Below, piece by piece: positions 1-13,065 of a stretch of DNA of 64,000 bases. The first letter of the stretch is position 1. Each line of letters starts with the position of its first letter. The notes under the pieces were generated by a model. It made no database searches, was not told the origin of the DNA, and saw only the letters and a list, made by a program, of their open reading frames with translations. Origin of the DNA: Octopus bimaculoides (Eukaryota); assembly GCF_001194135.2 (NCBI RefSeq), contig NC_068999.1:1115300-1179299 (forward strand). The letters are read 5' to 3'. The position numbers and the translations under genes are program-made.

Positions 1-980
1 TGCAAGCGGAAGCATTAATAATTTTAAAATATAATAAATATAATCAAAAACAAAACCAAAATTCAAATATATAAAATTAATTAAATAAACGAAACAATTA
101 CAACGGTCATTAAATGTTCTTATGCATCTTGAACTATATTAACCGAAAGCTATTTTAATCTTGAATAATCACTGCCCATTTTTTCGTATATGAAATGTAT
201 ATAATAAAACCTATATAATATGTTCAGAATTTATGGTGGAGTATGAAATATATTGTATTTGAAACTTCTATATACTATTTCGAAAAAATAAATAAGGATA
301 TATTTGATTCCCACACTAAATACATTAAAAAAAACTTTTAATCAACGATTCATTAATTCAACAGGTTTCTACTAAATACGGCGATGTTAAACAAGAGCAT
401 AAAGTTAGGATTATTATAAACTTTACAATCATTCACATAAAAATGATAATAATATACAAATGAATAAATTATCAGAATTTTACTTAGTTTTACAAAAGGA
501 AATATGTTAGTGTAAGCCAATGGTTTTATTTTTCTATAATTTATATATGCACATAAGTTCGAAAGAGAATAATATAGATGATAGATAATAGTGTCTACAA
601 GAAATATTCATATATGCATAATTATTCAAGAAGATATATAATTATATTTAGGAATTATTCTACTCTGTTTATGCGTACTAATATAAACATTATTCTTAGT
701 AATTAAGAAGTAAAGAACAAATTTATCAGAGAAAAATACCATTGTAAATCAATGTTTATATATTTATACATTCATTGCATACGGAAAAATAACCGGAAAT
801 ACGTACTTACAATAGAAATGTTTTTAATCAGAGTCTTTATAAAATTATTTATATAGCATTATTATTAAATTTAAGTTATATACTTAGAATCATTTTATAT
901 AAAGATGATAGCATAAATTAAAACATATCTTAAATTTAACTACGAATATAGTGATATAGTTTGCAGTTTCGACAAATATA

Positions 981-1113
981 TTCTTTTCTACTCTAGGTAC
1001 AAGGCCCAAAATCTTTGGAGAGACGGACAGTCGATCTAATCGACCCCCCACCCCACTACGCAACTGGTACTTAATTCATCGACCCGGAAAGGATTAAAGG
1101 TAAATCGACCTCA
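981..1113 (-). mobile_element. SINE family B, truncated 3' part (central/Nin-like domain and tail)
   Basis: TTCTTTTCTACTCTAGGTACAAGGCCC...CAACTGGTACTTAATTCATCGACCCGGAAAGGATTAAAGG is homologous to copies at 14503, 48565 and 51005; lacks the tRNA-like head. Confidence 0.75.
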
Positions 1114-1344
1114 CTTAAGACAAATATGTTTATTAATCGACTAAATATTATAAATATCCTTACTGATATAATAATATTATAAATATTCTTTATAGGTGTA
1201 TTATTTATATGTGTATATATAGACATACATACAAATTAGTTTTTATTTGTTGTGCGTAAGGAATAATAAACCAAATATTTATTTCATTTGTAGAATTAAC
1301 AATATTAAGTGTGTCAAAACCTGCATATAGGGTATAATTTTAGT

Positions 1345-1566
1345 TTTAAATTTAAGCCTTATATCTTGTCTTTTCTTGTATTCTTTCTGTGCCTGTAATG
1401 CTACATTCACTTACTATATGAGCAACACTTTCTTCTTTTGATTTGCATAAACTACACTGGGATTTTTCTATCTTGTCTCTTATCCAATTCGTCCTTAGTG
1501 TTTGATCTTGTGTTGCTACTAACGAACATTCCGTCTCCCTTTTCAGACTTCCATGAGCAATCATGC
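1345..1566 (-). mobile_element. R4/Dong-like non-LTR retrotransposon fragment (pre-knuckle region and CCHC zinc knuckle)
   Basis: Minus ORF 1352-1564 reads GSLKRETECSLVATQDQTLRTNW...CSLCKSKEESVAHIVSEC; a shifted frame continues LQAQKEYKKRQD. This matches the LKxETE..AAQDQALRTN / CxxC..H..C / EYxxRHD motifs of RLE-type LINEs, recognised from memory. Confidence 0.8.
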
Positions 1567-1570
1567 CTCA

Positions 1571-1625
<55 letters not shown>

Positions 1626-1665
1626 GTTGCTGTTGTTGTTGTTGTTGTTGTTGTTGTTGCTGTTA
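1571..1665. repeat. compound microsatellite (ATT)n-(GTT)n
   Basis: Directly visible; source of the poly-L/Y/I/N ORFs at 1438-1853. Confidence 0.95.
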
Positions 1666-2149
1666 TATATCACTGTTGTTATTATATATTGTTTTGTTAT
1701 TATATATTCGTGTCTATATGTCATTCTATTCATTTATGCCTACGTCACAATTCGCTGCTCCCAAGTTCATCAACTTATGAGCAAAATATATCTCATACGT
1801 TCAATACACAGATTCTGATTAAAATTAATTCACCTAAAACTCGATCGACATGACAAACATAACCCTATAAAAGCCACCCAAACTTCATTATGTCCATTCT
1901 TAAAAAGCTGTAAGAATTTGAAGTATAAGATTTTTAATGAATATCTAAACCTATATTTTCTCTTGGCATTTAATAATGCTATGCCAGAAACCACTAAACG
2001 CATAGGGAATAAAATATGGATTACAGGTTTCACTTTAATTAAACATATGTCAGTTTTTAAATGAAAATGCAAAATATTTCAGTATATTGTACTAGTGTTT
2101 CGATAGATTATCTGAAATTTGCAAACATTTGAATTTATATTATATATAC

Positions 2150-2241
2150 ATATGTGTGTGAGGGAGTATATTTGCGTGTTTCTTTGTGTGTATGTGTGTA
2201 AGTGTGTGTGTGTGTATGTGTGTGTGTATGTATGTGTGTGT

Positions 2242-2319
<78 letters not shown>

Positions 2320-2320
2320 C
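2150..2320. repeat. (GT)n microsatellite, representative of dozens of (GT/CA), (AT), (GA), (GATA) and (CATA) tracts in the window
   Basis: Directly visible. Confidence 0.95.
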
Positions 2321-2728
2321 TCTCTATCTGTGTGTATTGTTTTGTAGAATATATATACATTAATATTATATTAAATGGAGAATGGTTTTGCAAAAGCAAA
2401 ATACAAAAGTATGGTATTCAAATATAAATTTATGAAGATGTCAGCTCACGGGAGTCTTGGATTTGGTAAACAAGAAAAATCTGATAAACATGTTTACAAA
2501 TGATGCAATTTTCCAGCAACATACAGCATTCATTTTGGGTTTAATTATAAATTAATTAAAAAGGATTAACTGTTTCATTGAAATGCAATATAAAATGCTC
2601 AACTAATGAAAAGGTAATTACCTCTAAGGAAAAGTGATTCTAGAGAATTGGAAAATAGAAACAGAATATATATTTTCATACAGAGTGGTATATTATCCGG
2701 TATATGTGCGTATATTAATATTAATATA

Positions 2729-2767
<39 letters not shown>

Positions 2768-3603
2768 NNNNNNNNNNNNNNNNNNNNNNNNNNNNNNNNN
2801 NNNNNNNNNNNNNNNNNNNNNNNNNNNNNNNNNNNNNNNNNNNNNNNNNNNNNNNNNNNNNNNNNNNNNNNNNNNNNNNNNNNNNNNNNNNNNNNNNNNN
2901 NNNNNNNNNNNNNNNNNNNNNNNNNNNNNNNNNNNNNNNNNNNNNNNNNNNNNNNNNNNNNNNNNNNNNNNNNNNNNNNNNNNNNNNNNNNNNNNNNNNN
3001 NNNNNNNNNNNNNNNNNNNNNNNNNNNNNNNNNNNNNNNNNNNNNNNNNNNNNNNNNNNNNNNNNNNNNNNNNNNNNNNNNNNNNNNNNNNNNNNNNNNN
3101 NNNNNNNNNNNNNNNNNNNNNNNNNNNNNNNNNNNNNNNNNNNNNNNNNNNNNNNNNNNNNNNNNNNNNNNNNNNNNNNNNNNNNNNNNNNNNNNNNNNN
3201 NNNNNNNNNNNNNNNNNNNNNNNNNNNNNNNNNNNNNNNNNNNNNNNNNNNNNNNNNNNNNNNNNNNNNNNNNNNNNNNNNNNNNNNNNNNNNNNNNNNN
3301 NNNNNNNNNNNNNNNNNNNNNNNNNNNNNNNNNNNNNNNNNNNNNNNNNNNNNNNNNNNNNNNNNNNNNNNNNNNNNNNNNNNNNNNNNNNNNNNNNNNN
3401 NNNNNNNNNNNNNNNNNNNNNNNNNNNNNNNNNNNNNNNNNNNNNNNNNNNNNNNNNNNNNNNNNNNNNNNNNNNNNNNNNNNNNNNNNNNNNNNNNNNN
3501 NNNNNNNNNNNNNNNNNNNNNNNNNNNNNNNNNNNNNNNNNNNNNNNNNNNNNNNNNNNNNNNNNNNNNNNNNNNNNNNNNNNNNNNNNNNNNNNNNNNN
3601 NNN
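2768..3603. other. assembly gap. Other gaps: 4174-4256, 7502-8214, 8940-9758, 10406-10754, 26956-27456, 37117-37894, 43724-44543, 51911-52234, 53603-53913, 55259-55581, 56402-57036, 59504-59586, 60735-60972, 62432-63427
   Basis: Runs of N, nearly all bordered by (AT)n or (GATA)n on at least one side. Confidence 0.99.
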
Positions 3604-3629
3604 ACATATGCATATATATTTGTACGTAC

Positions 3630-3694
<65 letters not shown>

Positions 3695-4256
3695 CACATA
3701 TGTCTGTGTGTATGTGTATGTATACATCTACAGTTGAGTTTGCGTATAAATGTTTAGAAATTAAACAAAACTTGAACATACTTATTACTTTCAAATATAC
3801 GCTGAGGTATCAAGAGAAATAAAAACAATAAAACATAAAAAAGAACTAAAAATACAGAAACGGTCGATAAAAGGAAGAATAAAACAAGAACGTACATTTA
3901 AAAGATTTCAAAGAATGAATCTTTGGAAATATGAGGAATTAAGAATGACATTTTGAAGAATGGAAACGTAAAATGTATAATGCAATGCCTGGAAGATGCA
4001 TTTTAAACTAAGTCATACATAAATAAACACATAAATTTAACGTTAATGGAGAAAACTTTCATTCATTTATTCATTCATTCATATCTGTGTATGTAGAAAC
4101 ACAGATAGATAGATAGATAGATAGATAGTTAGATAGATAGATAGATAGGTAGATATATAGATAGATAGATAGANNNNNNNNNNNNNNNNNNNNNNNNNNN
4201 NNNNNNNNNNNNNNNNNNNNNNNNNNNNNNNNNNNNNNNNNNNNNNNNNNNNNNNN

Positions 4257-4288
<32 letters not shown>

Positions 4289-4699
4289 ATATGTATATAT
4301 GCATGTATATATGTGTATATATGTCTGTATGCATGCATGTATAATAAAGTGAGAGCGAGAGGTGTGAACTGTGGAAAGCATAAAACAAATCTTAAACCAT
4401 TCTATAAATTTGGGAATGAAGCAGTCACATTATAATATAAAATAAGATCGTTGTTCTAAGGATGAGTGAAGTGCTCAGTGAACAGTTTCAAATTGTATTT
4501 ACCTCCTACCTTAGATACACGCAGATAAAATCTATAGCTGAATTCTTTAATATTGCAGCCCTAAAATGAAAGGTGCCAACCATCGGTGAAACCGACAATG
4601 AGTTAGAAAATGTAGAGAAGATGAGCTCAAGCTCAGCAAGTGGTCCCGATCGCTTCCCAGTTATCATGAGGAAGCTACACAGCTACCAACTTAAACTTT

Positions 4700-5150
4700 A
4701 GTCATTGAACTACATATAAATGTCTACTGGACACTCTCCTATCAGACAGATTAAATTTGGAGTGCCTTGATCCCGAATACAAATGCTTTACTCGCAGACG
4801 TCCACCAACCAGTCCTCGCTTTTTAATACCGCAGATAACAGTTTCATAGTTTCCTTTTCTCATGAGGTCTGCGAAGGGATCGCATATGTGCGACAAATAT
4901 TTCGAACCTCCTCACATGAATTTAAATTTATAAAGAGTATAACGGTTATCTGCATTATTAAATGTCTCGAATGGCTTGGCTCCTTTATGATGTAATTTCT
5001 ATGTATTATATGTGAATTATAGAATGAAAGGTTTCTGAAAATTAACTTATTATAGATAGTTGTGTCACACTACAATAACTGATCACAATTATTAGCTTAA
5101 ACAAACAACCCGAACGAGTGCAATCAGTCACTTTCCCGGCCGCACCCTCA
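4700..5150 (+). mobile_element. heavily decayed Tc1/mariner transposase 3' part with TIR-like end
   Basis: Frame-shifted LECLDP..YS(P)D-like motif near 4757-4805; ORF 4783-4995 ends FSHEVCEGIAYVRQIFRTSSHEF..IKCLEWLGSFMM*, resembling the mariner C-terminus; ends ACTTTCCCGGCCGCACCCTCA, similar to the end of the mariner at 61945-61971. Upstream 4570-4690 is ambiguous (SASGPDRFP could be a LINE RT piece). Confidence 0.4.
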
Positions 5151-5852
5151 ATGTTCGCCGTCCTCCTTCCGTATACTGTTTCGAAAGCAGTATTGAATAA
5201 ACTATTATTTCTTTCTCGGTAAACACATAATACGGTTTGAAGAAAATATGATTTATTAGACTTGATAGTATGATCAATATTATTGGGTCTTTCTTTGATC
5301 TATCTGAATACAATTTTCGAAAAAAAATATTACTGTTCATATTCCCTCAGATCTGAGAAAATATGTTATGTGTTAAAAAAAAGTAATAAAATTCTGGTAA
5401 AGTGTAGTAAAATAAACGTACTTGCAGTATATGAAAATAGTTCAGATATATTAAGGTAAATAATGCGTTTCTTTTTTGCTTTGATTTATACTATTTGAGC
5501 TGGTTGGTTAAATTTTCTATTATATTTGTTGTGACCACACGAAAAAGAACGTGGTTAGCGGTGGAGATAGATTAGGTTTGTACTTGTGTTTCCTTTTTAA
5601 GCAACCTCTGTTAGTTGACGATGATATCTAAAACATATTTAACAATGGATTTCCGGTTATCTGCAAAATAACTATTCACAAATTTTGGTGAGTAGTTAAG
5701 AAAATTGCTTTGGAATTGTGTGCTTCGGAGTTCTGTGTCTGTGTGTGTCAAACTGAGTGAGTGTTTTCTGATTTAGTTCCGGGACAACAAATGCCTTTTG
5801 AGTGAATATGGGTGAGGGAAACCTGTGGTAGACAGTTAGCGGGCGGGCGCGG

Positions 5853-5892
<40 letters not shown>

Positions 5893-5924
5893 CAGAGTGA
5901 GCACATAAATTTGAAGAAAGGTGT

Positions 5925-6070
5925 GACAAAATAAAACTCAAATACCGGAGTGGTATGTTTTATTATTAAAGAAGCAAAAACATCGCAAGAATATCGCAAA
6001 AAACTGCTACTCAGCGTTTCATTTTCCCATTCGTCTGACAGTTTTGACTGAGAATGAAACAAGACTTAAA
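5925..6070 (-). mobile_element. putative Penelope-like element terminal-repeat remnant with degenerate hammerhead motif
   Basis: Minus strand AAAACTGT-CAGACGA-ATGGGAAAAT-GAAAC-GCTGA-GT-A-GCAGTTTT, followed by AATAAA. Confidence 0.5.
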
Positions 6071-6200
6071 GTTATCTGTATCAATGTACAAATTACATTC
6101 ATAGATACACATTTGAAATTGAAAGAATATATAAACACACGCTATTGACATACAAAGGCATACAAACTTAATCATACACACATTAAATCATACACATACA

Positions 6201-6231
<31 letters not shown>

Positions 6232-6644
6232 GTAGGGCCAACGCTTACAAATATTGATAATACATATATACAAACATATACAGGCAAATATAAATGTGAA
6301 TATATTCACTAATGTACACATATGTATCTACACACACACACACAGTTACAGAAAGAGGAAAAGAACAAAAAGAATGAGAACAAACATATACGCGTATATA
6401 TATTTACATAATATATGCACAAATCTACATATATACAATACATATATACGCATACGAATATATTCAAAACTGTTTGTCTGGTGTAGTGGATATTAAAATA
6501 GGAATAAATAATAGTACAATTGCAAATGTGTAGATTGAATAAAACCAATTATAAAATTAAGTTGAATTGCAAAAAAATATTATATTGTGTAATATAATTT
6601 AGTGCAATATAAATTTGAAAATATAAATTTTAAATTAATAAAAT

Positions 6645-6700
6645 TTTGACCTCGGCGAAATTTAAATCAGCAACTAGCGAAAAATCGCTAAAGTTCTGTC
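6645..6700 (-). mobile_element. short SINE family B fragment
   Basis: GACCTCGGCGAAATTTAAATCAG resembles CCTCAACGGAATTTGAACTCAG (14503 copy) and CCTCGGCCGAATTTCAAATCA (51005 copy). Confidence 0.45.
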
Positions 6701-7029
6701 AGCGTTGTCACTTAATTAGCAATGATTTTGATTCGTAGACTGCGATCAGTTCGACACTTGACGCATGGCACACAGTGTACATGTTGGGACAATGTTGATT
6801 TGGCGGAGAGAGAGTGAGCTAATGTGCCGCACGAACATTTGATGACTATACACAAATCAATTTTGCAAGTCGTTCGGCAAAAAGCTGAAATGTCATACGC
6901 CATGTTCTACCAGAGGGGCCATTACGCATATGTATATATTTGTGTGTGTATGTGTGTGCGTGCGCGTACGCAGCGCACGTATGTGTGTGTGTATGTATGT
7001 ATGTATGTATGTATGTATGTATGTACATA

Positions 7030-7195
7030 ATTATCGCCTTTGTGGACCGCTAAATACATCGCCATGATCGACCACTAGCCACTAAAGCTTTTTTAAAAAT
7101 TTTCTCTATGTTTATTTCCACGTGTCTCTTTCTGTTGAAGAGGATAGGCTCTAAATGTAAAAGACTTTCTCATCTTCCCGAGCGTTAAACTAATG
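7030..7195 (+). mobile_element. dispersed repeat, probable Penelope-like terminal region, with decayed hammerhead-like fold
   Basis: Shares GTTGAAGA and the exact 14-mer GAGCGTTAAACTAA (7180-7193) with 26440-26515. Confidence 0.45.
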
Positions 7196-7381
7196 ATAAT
7201 AATAATCCATGGATGGAATATTTTTAATATCTTAATGCATCGCTTTTTGCGTTTCCATATTTATATATTTCTGACAAACACAGTCCGCATTCGTGGGATG
7301 ATTACAATACAGTCCATTGTATCCATGGACACCGGATGGACCAAAGTTCAAGTGTTCCTATATTCATGTGTGTGTGTATGT

Positions 7382-7416
<35 letters not shown>

Positions 7417-7459
7417 CATACATACGCACACATATACATGTCTGTGTGAGTGTATATAT

Positions 7460-7501
<42 letters not shown>

Positions 7502-8277
7502 NNNNNNNNNNNNNNNNNNNNNNNNNNNNNNNNNNNNNNNNNNNNNNNNNNNNNNNNNNNNNNNNNNNNNNNNNNNNNNNNNNNNNNNNNNNNNNNNNNN
7601 NNNNNNNNNNNNNNNNNNNNNNNNNNNNNNNNNNNNNNNNNNNNNNNNNNNNNNNNNNNNNNNNNNNNNNNNNNNNNNNNNNNNNNNNNNNNNNNNNNNN
7701 NNNNNNNNNNNNNNNNNNNNNNNNNNNNNNNNNNNNNNNNNNNNNNNNNNNNNNNNNNNNNNNNNNNNNNNNNNNNNNNNNNNNNNNNNNNNNNNNNNNN
7801 NNNNNNNNNNNNNNNNNNNNNNNNNNNNNNNNNNNNNNNNNNNNNNNNNNNNNNNNNNNNNNNNNNNNNNNNNNNNNNNNNNNNNNNNNNNNNNNNNNNN
7901 NNNNNNNNNNNNNNNNNNNNNNNNNNNNNNNNNNNNNNNNNNNNNNNNNNNNNNNNNNNNNNNNNNNNNNNNNNNNNNNNNNNNNNNNNNNNNNNNNNNN
8001 NNNNNNNNNNNNNNNNNNNNNNNNNNNNNNNNNNNNNNNNNNNNNNNNNNNNNNNNNNNNNNNNNNNNNNNNNNNNNNNNNNNNNNNNNNNNNNNNNNNN
8101 NNNNNNNNNNNNNNNNNNNNNNNNNNNNNNNNNNNNNNNNNNNNNNNNNNNNNNNNNNNNNNNNNNNNNNNNNNNNNNNNNNNNNNNNNNNNNNNNNNNN
8201 NNNNNNNNNNNNNNTAGATAATATATATGTGTATTTCGTTTTGGGATGAATCTCCCAGACACAACAGAATATATATG

Positions 8278-8321
<44 letters not shown>

Positions 8322-8865
8322 CACAATCAGTATAGTTTTACTAGCTCTAAAGCTGTCACCGATAATGTAGTATGTGATACTATAATTCTACTAGTATCTA
8401 ACTATTCACCACACAGATAATAATCTATTGATATATAATTGGAAAATGTGTTGTAACTTTGTAATTTAGAGTTGAATTCCTCCGGGGGTAGAGTTTCTAT
8501 ACGTAATAAGCCTAAGCTTTGCATGAGTATATGGTAACTGTCAGATAGAGTTAACGACCAAGAAAACGACTTTGTAGATTTTGTGAAATATCATCATTAT
8601 ATCTTGAATAATGGCTGCGAATATCCTGCAGGTTTTTCTTTAAATTGAGGCAGGTCGAGTTGGATTACAAGCGATCTTTTGATTTCCGTCGAAATATGAA
8701 ACTGTAGGAAAATTTCGGCAGCTAATTGTCACGAAGAAATATGTGTACACATAGAGACGATCTGATACTCACACAGAGAAACACACACAAACACACACTG
8801 GTGTCTTGCTGATGTGTGTAAGAAAGTATGTATATAAGTATATGCGCGTGTGTGAGGTACACACG

Positions 8866-8939
<74 letters not shown>

Positions 8940-9758
8940 NNNNNNNNNNNNNNNNNNNNNNNNNNNNNNNNNNNNNNNNNNNNNNNNNNNNNNNNNNNNN
9001 NNNNNNNNNNNNNNNNNNNNNNNNNNNNNNNNNNNNNNNNNNNNNNNNNNNNNNNNNNNNNNNNNNNNNNNNNNNNNNNNNNNNNNNNNNNNNNNNNNNN
9101 NNNNNNNNNNNNNNNNNNNNNNNNNNNNNNNNNNNNNNNNNNNNNNNNNNNNNNNNNNNNNNNNNNNNNNNNNNNNNNNNNNNNNNNNNNNNNNNNNNNN
9201 NNNNNNNNNNNNNNNNNNNNNNNNNNNNNNNNNNNNNNNNNNNNNNNNNNNNNNNNNNNNNNNNNNNNNNNNNNNNNNNNNNNNNNNNNNNNNNNNNNNN
9301 NNNNNNNNNNNNNNNNNNNNNNNNNNNNNNNNNNNNNNNNNNNNNNNNNNNNNNNNNNNNNNNNNNNNNNNNNNNNNNNNNNNNNNNNNNNNNNNNNNNN
9401 NNNNNNNNNNNNNNNNNNNNNNNNNNNNNNNNNNNNNNNNNNNNNNNNNNNNNNNNNNNNNNNNNNNNNNNNNNNNNNNNNNNNNNNNNNNNNNNNNNNN
9501 NNNNNNNNNNNNNNNNNNNNNNNNNNNNNNNNNNNNNNNNNNNNNNNNNNNNNNNNNNNNNNNNNNNNNNNNNNNNNNNNNNNNNNNNNNNNNNNNNNNN
9601 NNNNNNNNNNNNNNNNNNNNNNNNNNNNNNNNNNNNNNNNNNNNNNNNNNNNNNNNNNNNNNNNNNNNNNNNNNNNNNNNNNNNNNNNNNNNNNNNNNNN
9701 NNNNNNNNNNNNNNNNNNNNNNNNNNNNNNNNNNNNNNNNNNNNNNNNNNNNNNNNNN

Positions 9759-9792
<34 letters not shown>

Positions 9793-10370
9793 GCAAATAT
9801 ATACACATACATACTCATATATGTATCAATAGAAGCATATACATACCTACATACATGTAAATGGTATTGGCATCACACGCACATACTTATGTCAACCTGT
9901 GTATATAGTTTCTACATTATATACTCCCCGTTTTATACAATCTCATGTACACGCAATCGCATATATAAGATATAATACAGTGATAGCTTTTACAAGGTCG
10001 ATCTCTATGCGATACGGCATAAATATGTGATTGTTTAACCTCACCCTATTAATGGCGGTGGAGCTAGCAATCACGTTAACCAAACTATCAGGGCTGACAC
10101 TCTACACAACTCCACGCAACTCCATTAGACATAAAACTCTCCCAGCTCTGACGAAATTATCGGATCGATACATTTATATTGCAGTCAATTATTTCTTGTG
10201 GTTCAATCAACACATAGCTATTGCGGTTTAATATCCTGGGTATTGATGTATGTAGAGTAGGAGGACAGCCTGTGATGGCCTGCACGCTCTACACTCTCCC
10301 CCCTCTCATCACACACTCACTTACATACACTTATGTATATTCACACTGCTCACGCATATATATTTTTGCT

Positions 10371-10405
<35 letters not shown>

Positions 10406-13033
10406 NNNNNNNNNNNNNNNNNNNNNNNNNNNNNNNNNNNNNNNNNNNNNNNNNNNNNNNNNNNNNNNNNNNNNNNNNNNNNNNNNNNNNNNNNNNNNNN
10501 NNNNNNNNNNNNNNNNNNNNNNNNNNNNNNNNNNNNNNNNNNNNNNNNNNNNNNNNNNNNNNNNNNNNNNNNNNNNNNNNNNNNNNNNNNNNNNNNNNNN
10601 NNNNNNNNNNNNNNNNNNNNNNNNNNNNNNNNNNNNNNNNNNNNNNNNNNNNNNNNNNNNNNNNNNNNNNNNNNNNNNNNNNNNNNNNNNNNNNNNNNNN
10701 NNNNNNNNNNNNNNNNNNNNNNNNNNNNNNNNNNNNNNNNNNNNNNNNNNNNNNATATATATATATATATATATAGCTACATATATTTATGATATGTATA
10801 TATATATATATGTATAAATATATATATCTGCATACATATATAACATGCACACACACACATACACACATATACATGCGCACCCACACACCCTCAGACATAT
10901 ATAAATATATACTCAACCAGTTTTGTGCAGGCTGTTCTATTGTGCATTTTTATAACTTGCTACTCTCCAATATGTGCAAAATACGAATCCAGGCTTAATA
11001 AATCCGTCCTAAAACTCTATTATAACGCTTTCTAAGAAAGGAAATCATTTGCGATCACTGCCGCTGTCCGAAAACTACCATAAAAGTCATTCCACGTGCA
11101 GCCATGCCATTTTTATGGAGCCTATTCTACCTTACCATATATAATCTACCATGTACTTCCTTTCCTTAAAAGATTCTAGAGCGTGCTTTGGATTAAGTAT
11201 TTCCACACCTTCAAGCAGATCAATTGAGTATGTTGCGATACGTAGCAATTATATTAACGATAAAATCAATTCCCTGAAATATCATTTCGTATCAGTTTAT
11301 TCCTCATCGAAAATAGGATCTACCTCTTTAATCCGTGATCATCAGCTGAGTAGATTTCATAAACCTTCCTTGCGATTCCTCACAGTAATTATCTACATAA
11401 TTACAATAGTTACAATAATATTAATTATTATTGGTATTTCCTCACTGCGTAATTATTTATTTATTTCTTAACATTGGCTTCATTTAATATGATAGCAATC
11501 ACTTAACTATTGCTTCATCGTGCAGATGTCGCCCAAGAAAATAATCCTCAAAGTTACTATATCTTAATAAACGACTCCCTGAGATATTTAGTTCCTCATT
11601 AATGATTACAGAATGCTGACATTGTTTCCGTTCAATACTTTAGTGTCAATCGACCCTTTCATGGAAGCCTCCATTAACACGTCTCTCTATTTGGTTTGTA
11701 AACAAATTCTTTTCAGATTAAAGTGCCGCCGTGAAAGCAAATGGCTTTCCTTATAACCAGTCGAAGCCAATGTTGTGTACGCGCGTGCGCTTGAATGTTT
11801 ATGTGTCTGTGTAAGAGACAGAGAGAGAGAAAGGATGGGAAAAAAAAGCGATTCTAATTCATAAAAGTCCTTTGGTTGTCTAATTCATCATAGGAGGCTG
11901 AAAGATAGAATAAATTACGGCGAGATTTGGTATTTTGGGTGCAAGAAGTGGAACCCTAGACTCCGAAACGTTCTCTCCGATGCTTAAACAGCTCGGTCTA
12001 TTCGCTGCATTTTTCTACCTTAACCCGATTTAAGTCAAACAATTCGTATTTCCTTCGGAAGTCACTAAATGCAGCATTACCGTGATGATAATTGTATTAC
12101 GGGGAAAATAGGAGGAAAATAATACAAAATGCTTATGCATAACAAATAAAAATTACCAACAAAATATTACAATTTTGCATCTGTCTGTTTCTGTTGGTGT
12201 TTTGTCCTGAACGAGGAAAACTATGATTCAATGTTCTCCAGTTACCAATATTCCAGTTCTACTTCATATACATACATGCATACATATACATACATGAATA
12301 CATATACATACATGCATACATATACATACATATTACCAAAAGGTAATATTTATTCCTACTTAAGAGTGGATATCGTATTAGAACTGTGGTAGACGCACTT
12401 TTGTGAATATCGCTTGAAGGGAGATAACTCATTCGCAACTGAAAACGCCGAAGCTGAGCGGTTAGCGTGTTTAGCTGAGGATCATAAGACAGCAAATCCT
12501 TTAACATCCGATGTGCTCTGTCCTACGCCTCCGATTTTCTACTACAGTTTACGAATCTTTAAACGAGTACCAGTTGTGTGCTGGCGTACATTCCTTTCCC
12601 TCTCGTTCTCTTTCTCTTTCTTTCTCTTTCTCTGCCAATCCCCTCCCCACCAGGTGGCACATTGTGAATGTGCAGCTAAGTGATAGGTGGAAGAGATGAG
12701 AGGACATCTCTATCTGATGATGGCTCTAGAGACAACAAAAACTATTGTTGGAAGTATGATACGGGTTAACCAGCCGTCGCACTCTTGCACTTGGTTCCAC
12801 GGCACAGTGCTCTGATAAGCAAATGTTGTGTGTGCGTGTGTGCGTGCGTGCGTTTGTGCGCGTGTATGTGCTACACACACATACACGCACACGCACACGC
12901 ACATACATATATATATATATATATATATGTTACCCCCCCCCCCGTATGTATATGTGTATATACGGAGTGAGAGAGACAGATTGAGAGAGAAAGTTTTATG
13001 AATATGTATGTGTGAGTGTGCGTGTGTCCATTT

Positions 13034-13065
<32 letters not shown>

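Noticed and set aside
1-960. Very AT-rich stretch considered as a mitochondrial insertion
   Set aside because: No recognisable mitochondrial gene, rRNA or tRNA motif.
4570-4690. KMSSSSASGPDRFPVIM as a LINE reverse transcriptase start (SA.GPDG motif)
   Set aside because: Single short motif, and downstream sequence fits mariner better; left unassigned.
10145-10175. CTGACGA hammerhead-like core
   Set aside because: No downstream GAAA or stems.
11940-11980. GGA..TCC-GAAAC-GT-T hammerhead-like half
   Set aside because: No CUGANGA core and no stem I complementarity.
12414-12683. 89-aa ORF with a non-repetitive N-terminus
   Set aside because: No recognisable domain or splice support; it runs into (CT)-rich sequence.
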